The translations under genes and the position numbers were made by a program. The notes beneath the pieces were generated by a model. It saw only the letters and a list, made by a program, of their open reading frames with translations, was not told the DNA's origin and did not search any database. Shown in pieces: positions 1-5,224 of a DNA stretch of 5,224 nt. The stretch is from Rotaria sp. (Eukaryota): positions 49,502 through 54,725 of the forward strand of contig CAJNVN010000274.1 of the NCBI GenBank assembly GCA_905330535.1, in the 5' to 3' direction. Numbering within the stretch: position 1 is the first letter of the stretch; the number at the start of each line of letters is the position of its first letter.

Positions 1-298
1 TTCAACAATAAATGTTAATTTTTTATGCTTTACGCTTATAATAGGAACGGAAGCTAACAGTTTTTCATTAAGGATTATGACCATATATGAAATGTCTATG
101 CATTAAAAGACGTAGTTAGAGATTCGACTTTTTCATTTAACTTTTTTTTCAAACAAAAGGGAAGAGTTAAGTTTTTACAATTTTGTTTAATTTCAAAACA
201 CAACTGAAGTTTTTACTTTGGTTCATAAGAAACAGAAAACTGACACCCCTGATTCAAACAAGCACTTGAAGAACTTTTTCACATATACGAGTCACACA

Positions 299-464
299 AT
301 GAACGACATTTTGGAAAGCAGAAAAGAACACGTTTATCGTCCATTTACTAAGAATATCTTGACTTCATTTTATTTGCAGAGTGCAATTCGAGATACGCAA
401 GATGTGATGCATCGAAGATTCAGGCAACTTCTGTTATCACAGACGCTGACCGCTCCACAAAGCA
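299..464 (+). CDS. Candidate first coding exon of a hypothetical protein, from the first ATG to a GTAAGT donor
   Basis: The frame is open from 191 to 496, with stop TAG at 497-499. The track start at 218 is TTG; the first in-frame ATG is 299-301 (cacacaATGa). An exact consensus donor GTAAGT lies at 465-470, so the exon would end at 464 one base into a codon (phase 1). G+C is visibly above the flanks. If this is an internal exon, alternative 5' ends are the AGs at 228-229, 234-235 or 378-379 (ttttatttgcag|AGT). Caveat: GTAAGT is expected a few times by chance in 5 kb of this composition. No protein family recognised. Confidence 0.3.
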
Positions 465-1174
465 GTAAGTATGAATTTATTTCAACGATATTGTATTAGG
501 ATCAAAACATTTTTTGACTCGTTCTGTAACTTTTTTGCACAAACACCATGCCAAAACATCGAGACTTAATGATGTATAATGAATTTTTCGAACAGAAAAT
601 GAGAAGTAATATTCATTCTATGTCGACTCTCTGATTTATACAATAACAAAATTTGAGTGTTTCGTTCCGATTTTACTATTATACTTCTATTAGTCTGATA
701 CTCACATTATTTGACCAATGTAACAACCGATAGCTAATGCGTACGACCAGTCTCAGTCTGATCTGGTAGATGAAGGAACAATCTGTCACAGATCATCGTC
801 AAACACTAGCACATGTTCTTGTGCTAGAGTCTACTTCGTGGACGACCAATATTACTAATAGTGTCAATGGAACATTATAAGTTTCCTACGGGAGTGAACC
901 CATTTATATATTTATTTTTCTAATATATGCGTCTTCCTCCAAGCAGATGATATCTATAGCAGGATTAATCATGCAAATTCAGAAACTACTATTGTCATCG
1001 GTTGATAAGAGGAAAAAAAAGCATTTGTTTTTGTATAAAATCAAGTCCTAATATGTATTGTAATTTCTCTAAATCGATAAATTTAGTATATAGATAGATA
1101 CACGAAAACTTATATGGGACGTAGATGCATTTTACTCATGACAATGAAGGAATTCTCTTTTTTTCGGTATGAAC

Positions 1175-1195
1175 CGAATCGAATCGAATTCGAAT
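1175..1195. repeat. Pentamer microsatellite (CGAAT)3 T CGAAT containing a 10-bp palindrome
   Basis: CGAAT occurs at 1175, 1180, 1185 and 1191. TCGAATTCGA (1184-1193) is a perfect palindrome centred on GAATTC. Confidence 0.85.
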
Positions 1196-1435
1196 ATAGA
1201 TTTTGTTATGCATTTCGGTCTTTGGTATCAATGACAGATCAAATTTAGCATTTATGAATCTTGTATTTAATCAATGTCTTTAAAGAGAACTTTCAATTTA
1301 TAGTGTTTGAACTTTATAATTAATCATTTATTCCATCATAAATGATATACCATTAGGATAATTCTTTTTCGTCTGTTGTAGTTATAAATAACATTCCTAG
1401 TCATGTTACGATTCGGTTACCAAAAACTAATATGT

Positions 1436-1451
1436 TATATATATATATATA
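1436..1451. repeat. (TA)8 microsatellite
   Basis: The sequence tatatatatatatata can be read directly at 1436-1451. Confidence 0.95.
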
Positions 1452-1897
1452 CTGATACTAGTTTTGATCAGTAAAAGATAAAAAGAGACTTCTTTTTTCA
1501 TTGAAAATTTCCAGCTTCATCAAAGACAAACAGCATAGGAAACTTGATTAAATGTACTTATGATATTTTACCTACGAAGAAAATAAATGCTATGACACCG
1601 ATAAAATTCAAATTACGAAGTTAGGATTCATGTATTTATTTATACATATTGTTTTCGATAGAGAAAACATTTAGAGTTTATATAATTCAGTGATGTATAT
1701 TGACGACTTCTGCTCTTTGGCTTGCCTGTTTAAGTTCGACTTTGATAAAAATATTTGATTAGCCATCAAAAATGAGTACAAACAGACAGGATGTGTTTGA
1801 AATCAATTCATATTAAAGGATGCTTAATACGTTTCTGACGTATGCATATTGAAATATTTAAACGCCTTTTTCATCTTTACCTTGTCTATCCGCCTAG

Positions 1898-2031
1898 GCA
1901 TGCTGAATCTGATGATGTTATTAGTATACCATTACAAGAATGAACCTACGTTATCTTTTGGGTTAGAAAAAGTCCCGTGCTCGAAAGCAATTTACGATTT
2001 TCGGACTGCATTCGTTTGTGATCATAACTAA
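1898..2031 (+). CDS. Candidate terminal coding exon, phase-compatible with 299-464
   Basis: A long pyrimidine tract cctttttcatctttaccttgtctatccgcctag (1865-1897) ends in AG at 1896-1897. The exon would begin GC then ATG CTG, so it needs one base from upstream. That matches the phase-1 end of 299-464 (A+GC = Ser). The frame is that of track ORF 1849..2031 and stays open to TAA at 2029-2031. G+C is about 37% by hand count, against about 30% background. The joined product would be 99 aa, with no family recognised. Confidence 0.3.
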
Positions 2032-2090
2032 AATATTCGTTTCGAAGGTGATTTTCACATACCCAATGCTCTGTAGGCGTCATTTTCTAC

Positions 2091-2096
2091 AATAAA
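2091..2096 (+). other. Possible polyadenylation hexamer AATAAA for the 299-2031 model
   Basis: AATAAA lies about 60 nt downstream of the TAA at 2029-2031. The same hexamer occurs elsewhere in this AT-rich window (for example 7-12), so position is the only support. Confidence 0.15.
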
Positions 2097-3062
2097 GCTC
2101 TGTGCACAATTGAAATCACATATAATTCACCGTGACGTGCTAAATTGGTCAAGTCAAACACATTTTTACAATGATACTTGTTGTCTGATGGACAAGTTTG
2201 CGCTGAGATGCATTGATTACTAGAAATAGAGAAATTTCTGTCGTTGTATGAGGCATACAACACCATGGAGTCTGACAATCGTTAAAATTTTATTACATTC
2301 ATGGCTTTCAGATGAGAAAAACAAAACATATATCATTTAGAATGATGAAACGAATAGTTTAATCAAGTCAAGTCAATGCAATAAAAATGAGCTATGAATC
2401 GAAATCATAGTATTTTGTTCATGAAAATTTTTATTTCTTCATTGTCAACTAATTCGTTTTTATTTTTCACGCTGACAAGGCAGTTAATTTTCCTTCACTC
2501 TCTGTTGGACACTAGCGTAGACATAGCTGTTTATTCATCAAACTCAGACTATACTTACATGAAATCGAATGAAATATTATTATTATTTACAAGCGTAGTC
2601 AAATTTTATATGTCATTTTATAAAAATAATGTCATTTGAACTTGCATCTATTGATAATTGGAATGAAAATGAATTAAAGTAGTTGAACATGGTAAAAAAA
2701 GACGTATTTCATTCATTCCATTTCTGATTTCAATGAAGTTGAATAAATTATTGTCATTTTTTTTGACTTTTTTGTCTTGTATGAAGCCTTATCGTTTTCT
2801 CTTTTTCTCTTCTTATATTGTAGATGTGTATGATAAATTCCAATGTTGGATAGTTGACAGCTCACATAGTTAAAAACTTGAATTGACTTCTTACACTAGT
2901 CTCTAATGGACAGAAATTGCATACACCTTCTACATTCTATACTATTTATATAGATCAAATGACAGAAAAAGTAACTCCATTATAGATTTTAGAGAAAGAT
3001 CGTTCAACTAGCAGATCGATAGCGATATCAACTTAAAATAAAAGATGCATTTTGATTCTTAC

Positions 3063-3253
3063 GAAAGCAAGCATATGTCAATAAATATTTGTGTAAATGT
3101 ATGTCTCTCTTTCATGAGAAGAGTTTGGACACAGTGTCGTGTCTCATTAGAAACATTGAGCATTGAGCTTAAAATCCATTTATGCCGCTTGCTTTTTGAC
3201 TCTGCTTCAGCTTTGACAAAATAGATTGTTTTAGATTTCAATCTCGTAATCAT
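3063..3253 (-). CDS. Candidate exon: ATG-initiated open frame that exits through a GTAAGA donor
   Basis: This minus-strand ORF has a true ATG at 3253-3251. Its stop TAA (3061-3059) overlaps a good donor TTC|GTAAGA (3062-3057), so the frame can leave at 3063 in phase 2. A possible upstream acceptor tctttttttaaag| (AG = 3261-3260) would extend it to 3259 in phase 0. G+C is raised around 3100-3200. The peptide MITRLKSKTIYFVKAEAESKSKRHKW... matches no family I recognise. Confidence 0.2.
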
Positions 3254-3525
3254 ATTAAACTTTAAAAAAAGATTTGATATACTTAGTTAGTTTTTTTTAT
3301 CCTAGCTATATGTTAGATGAAATTGAACAGTAGCTTTAAAAATTATTCATGAAAAATACACCTCTGATGGACCAAAGACAGCTGTATGTTCTGATGTAGC
3401 TTTTGTGCTAATATCAGTTATGTCTTTTTGCTCTGACATTGAATAATGATGATTGATACTGTTAATTACAATATCCTTTGTGATTGTTATCAGAAAAACT
3501 GCAATTTTCTTCAATATTTTTATAG

Positions 3526-3628
3526 ACCGCAGTCAAGCGCTCCTAAGAAGAAAAGACATTTATCGTTTTCTTTTCTCGCAAAACAAATAGAGAAATTTAC
3601 AAAAGTATTCATCAATACACGCCCAGAA
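3526..3628 (+). CDS. Candidate internal exon of a hypothetical protein
   Basis: An acceptor-like ttcttcaatatttttatag| ends at 3525 (alternative cag| ending at 3532). The donor is CAGAAG|GTACGT with GT at 3629-3630. Only one of the three frames is open across the interval, the frame of track ORF 3446..3640 (PQSSAPKKKRHLSFSFLAKQIEKFTKVFINTRPE). The exon starts with the third base of a split codon and ends in phase 0. It is not phase-compatible with 299-464 and lies beyond the stop at 2029-2031, so if real it belongs to another transcript. Confidence 0.25.
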
Positions 3629-3776
3629 GTACGTTGGTGATTTTTATATCAGATCAGTTTTCTTGTTAATTAGTTTTTGATGCTTGACAAAAACTGTAAT
3701 CATAATCAGCAAATCTGATGAATAGTATTCCATTAAAATGGTAGGTCTGATAAAAAGTTTCTGTAATTTTGGTACT

Positions 3777-3913
3777 ATTGTGTAACAAATGAGTTATTAG
3801 TTTAATTTTGATCCATTGCAGTCTCAATCAAATTGAAAATTCTTTTGAGTTTTAAATTTGAGACACATAATTTCAAATCAATATCAAAGGAATAAGTCAT
3901 TTTGTTACACGAT
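3777..3913. repeat. Imperfect foldback (long inverted repeat); either a MITE-like or foldback-like element or a hairpin RNA precursor
   Basis: Hand-aligned pairing is as follows. 3777-3778 pairs with 3913-3912. 3780-3789 (GTGTAACAAA) pairs with 3910-3901 (TTTGTTACAC), 10 bp perfect. There is a 1-nt bulge at 3900. 3790-3798 pairs with 3899-3891 (8 of 9), 3801-3803 with 3888-3886, 3805-3806 with 3884-3883, and 3808-3812 with 3881-3877. After an asymmetric internal loop, GTCTCAA (3821-3827) pairs with TTGAGAC (3864-3858). The terminal loop is 3828-3857. In total about 37 paired positions. Confidence 0.75.
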
Positions 3914-4372
3914 GATAACAATCCAGTTAGACAAGGCTTTTAAACAATGAATTTTTTTCTAAACAGGTTTTAATATGTTCGCCAATCACTTGTTTTTTCT
4001 CGTTCTTTTCAAAGCAGTTCAATGCATTTAGACAGAATCTTTAGATCGATTATTTGTGTTTAAACGAACACACCTGATGTGAAAATTATTATTAATAGAC
4101 CGCTCTGATTTCTTCGTAGGATAGCAAGTCAATTTTTTAATAATCATTCACAATGGGATATTCTTAAAAATGTCCGACTAACTTTTTCTTTCTTATATGT
4201 ATGTGCGAGTTGTTGCCGATTTCTATCATCGATTTGTTTACTTCGTTTGCGTATTATTTTTCTTAAAGTTCCAAATGTAATTTGACGTACTTGCGATGCT
4301 ACACAATTATCTTTATTCTTTTTTCGTTTCATGTTTCTCATACTTGTACGATCATATAAATTTTAAAGATAC

Positions 4373-4446
4373 TTTGTTTCCTTTTATTCTTATCGCGTGA
4401 AGAATCTGTTGCTGATTTATTTGACGATCAACTTTTCTTCGAGCTA
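4373..4446 (-). CDS. Candidate exon, phase-compatible with 4630-4738
   Basis: On the minus strand a T-rich tract ends in aattccag| (AG = 4448-4447). The exon starts TA at 4446-4445, which completes the single T left by 4630-4738 (TTA). The same open frame (ARRKVDRQINQQQILHAIRIKGNK) runs to a weak donor AAA|GTATCT (GT = 4372-4371), 18 nt before the TGA at 4354-4352. Confidence 0.18.
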
Positions 4447-4629
4447 CTGGAATTATTCTATTTGCATCATGACATGAATAAGTATTTGAAGTTGTGCAGA
4501 ATATATGATCAAAAATGAAGGAACAAAACAATATACGATAGAATATATTAAAATTCAGCATTTTTATCAAAAAATGTCGAAAAGTGATACAACAGAAAAT
4601 TAAGTACGCTTTTCTTTTCATCAACTCAC

Positions 4630-4738
4630 AAATCATTAAACCATGACACTGAATAGAATCAATAGGATTATATGAGAGTCTCTTTTTCCTTAGTCTATTA
4701 ATGTTAAGGTAGACGAATACATAGATTATGCACCAAAG
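4630..4738 (-). CDS. Candidate exon inside the longest open frame of the window
   Basis: On the minus strand the acceptor is gattgtttcag| (AG = 4740-4739). The TTG start of track ORF 4352..4747 lies inside this acceptor. The exon starts at 4738 in phase 0 of that frame, and a consensus donor GTGAGT lies at 4629-4624. The other two frames hit stops within 11 codons. It encodes LWCIIYVFVYLNINRLRKKRLSYNPIDSIQCHGLMI. Caveat: the frame stays open through the putative intron, so the exon might instead continue to 4373. Confidence 0.25.
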
Positions 4739-4985
4739 CTGAAACAATCATATTTTCAACGAGTCGTGCGAAAATTTTTACCACATGTTCAAGATATAAT
4801 TTTCCTATCAGAGAATCAAATGTAACTACAAATTTTATAATGGATATACTGAAATTAAAAAGGAACACATTTTTGTGAGTTTTTTTTGTTCAATCTCAAG
4901 TGACTGTGTACTTTAAAGTGTCATGAGTTCTTCTCTCTTTAGTTATCAAAACACGTGAAAGGCATTCTAAAATAGGGGTGTGAAT

Positions 4986-5129
4986 TTATTGTTATTGTTA
5001 TTAATAACAATAACAAAAAAAGTTATTGTTATCAATAACAAATAACAAAAAAAGTTATTGTTATTAATAACAATAACAAAAAAAGTTATTTGTTATTAAT
5101 AACAAAAAAATAACAAATAACTTTTTTTT
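4986..5129. repeat. Tandem array (about 4.3 copies, period 31-32 bp) of palindromic units separated by A7
   Basis: Unit starts are at 4991, 5022, 5054 and 5085. Units 1 and 3 are the identical perfect 24-bp palindrome GTTATTGTTATTAATAACAATAAC (4991-5014 and 5054-5077). Unit 2 (5022-5046) differs by one central T to C change and one extra A. Unit 4 is rearranged. A run of exactly seven A follows each unit (5015-5021, 5047-5053, 5078-5084, 5104-5110). The underlying hexamer is GTTATT and its complement AATAAC. Confidence 0.95.
5078..5128. repeat. Perfect 18-bp inverted repeat with a 15-nt loop, closing the array
   Basis: AAAAAAAGTTATTTGTTA (5078-5095) is the exact reverse complement of TAACAAATAACTTTTTTT (5111-5128). 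The loop is ttaataacaaaaaaa (5096-5110). The T run is eight long (5122-5129). Confidence 0.95.
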
Positions 5130-5151
5130 CCGAAAAATCTTAGTTATGCTT

Positions 5152-5166
5152 TGTTACTATGTAACA
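5152..5166. repeat. Short palindrome TGTTAC-tat-GTAACA just after the array
   Basis: TGTTAC (5152-5157) and GTAACA (5161-5166) are reverse complements around a 3-nt spacer. They share the GTTAY/RTAAC core with the array and the foldback base. Confidence 0.6.
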
Positions 5167-5224
5167 GTATACCAGTTCTGTTTGCTCATTATTGTCCGAT
5201 TGCTCGATGATGTTACTGACCGCA

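Noticed and set aside
37-43. TATAATA as a TATA box or promoter for the 299 ATG
   Set aside because: It lies about 255 nt upstream in DNA where TATA-like words are everywhere. No initiator or other support is visible.
1323-1346. Short perfect hairpins: ATCATTTAT-tccatc-ATAAATGAT (1323-1346), AGTTTTTG/CAAAAACT (3672-3695), CTATGA/TCATAG (2392-2410), GGAATGAA/TTCATTCC (2660-2719)
   Set aside because: Stems of 6-9 bp made of AT-rich sequence are expected about once or more per 5 kb by chance. None extends beyond the core.
1734-1740. tRNA T-loop-like GTTCGAC. TTCGAAT also occurs within the CGAAT repeat at 1189-1195.
   Set aside because: The flanking bases cannot form a T-stem, and no acceptor or anticodon arms are present.
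1909-1915. Hammerhead-ribozyme or SINE-like CTGATGA cores (also at 3705-3711)
   Set aside because: There is no adjacent stem II plus GAAAC partner and no flanking helices. Only the 7-mer is present.
1967-2047. Alternative 81-nt exon (ttag| to AAG|GTGATT) in a different frame
   Set aside because: The acceptor is weak and the 27-codon open frame is well within chance. It conflicts with the better-supported frame of 1898-2031.
2087-2278. 63-aa minus-strand ORF with an internal CCATGG start context and an acceptor-like ttgtcag| (AG = 2273-2272)
   Set aside because: The track start is TTG. The ORF from the ATG is 59 aa, with only weak donors. It overlaps the putative 3' UTR and AATAAA of the plus-strand model, and its phase does not fit the other minus-strand candidates. 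There is not enough evidence to list it as a feature.
2394-2639. 81-aa ATG-initiated ORF treated as a gene
   Set aside because: The peptide is low-complexity and rich in F, L, S and I. The length is within chance expectation, there are no good splice or stop-context signals, and G+C is not raised.
2791-2823. Very strong pyrimidine tract plus TAG acceptor (cgttttctctttttctcttcttatattgtag|)
   Set aside because: All three frames downstream hit stops within 3-16 codons and no reasonable donor follows. It is probably just a T/C-rich tract.
3706-3750. C/D-box snoRNA: TGATGA at 3706-3711 with CTGA at 3747-3750. Also ATGATGA at 2342-2348 with CTGA at 2472-2475.
   Set aside because: In the first pair the boxes are only about 36 nt apart, and in neither case do the flanks form a terminal stem. 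Both motifs are short AT-rich words expected by chance.
4144-4341. bHLH basic region reading of FGTLRKII (F-x-x-L-R-x-x-I)
   Set aside because: The diagnostic basic-region residues (R-E-R about 11 residues upstream of the F, and N three residues before it) are absent.
4991-5077. Assigning the array as SOX/HMG or forkhead binding sites
   Set aside because: AACAAT and ACAAATA cores are present, but such 6-7-mers are inevitable in a GTTATT-based repeat. This is kept only as a speculative note inside the array finding.
4986-5129. CRISPR-like reading of the array (palindromic repeats of about 24 bp with regular spacing)
   Set aside because: The spacers are only 7 nt and all identical (A7). Repeats and spacers are almost pure A/T, there are no cas-like ORFs, and the context is eukaryote-like. 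It is a minisatellite, not a CRISPR array.
5078-5129. Rho-independent terminator (hairpin followed by a T8 run)
   Set aside because: The stem is almost entirely A-T (3 G-C pairs in 18), and much of it is the A7/T7 pairing itself. There is no upstream bacterial gene and the window is not prokaryote-like.

Overview
The window is about 30% G+C (hand-sampled lines, not computed over the whole window). It has no tRNA- or rRNA-like segment and no open frame longer than 131 codons. Four of the eight track ORFs (218+, 1849+, 2278-, 4747-) start on TTG rather than ATG. This is not gene-dense prokaryotic DNA. It reads like nuclear DNA of an AT-rich eukaryote, mostly intron or intergenic sequence; an invertebrate or flatworm-like source is only a guess. 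I found no operon-like or defence-type system and do not claim one. Three things are supportable. (1) Two clearly non-random structures: a tandem array of palindromic 31-32 bp units at 4986-5129, which ends in a perfect 18-bp inverted repeat, and a 137-bp imperfect foldback at 3777-3913. (2) Several low-confidence candidate exons, defined only by an open frame plus splice-like signals. These include a phase-consistent two-exon plus-strand model (299-464 joined to 1898-2031, then stop, then AATAAA). They also include a phase-consistent minus-strand chain around the longest ORF (4738-4630, 4446-4373). (3) Small microsatellites. No predicted peptide matches a family I recognise. In DNA of this composition GTAAGT-type donors and Y-rich AG acceptors occur by chance several times per 5 kb, so every exon call needs transcript evidence.
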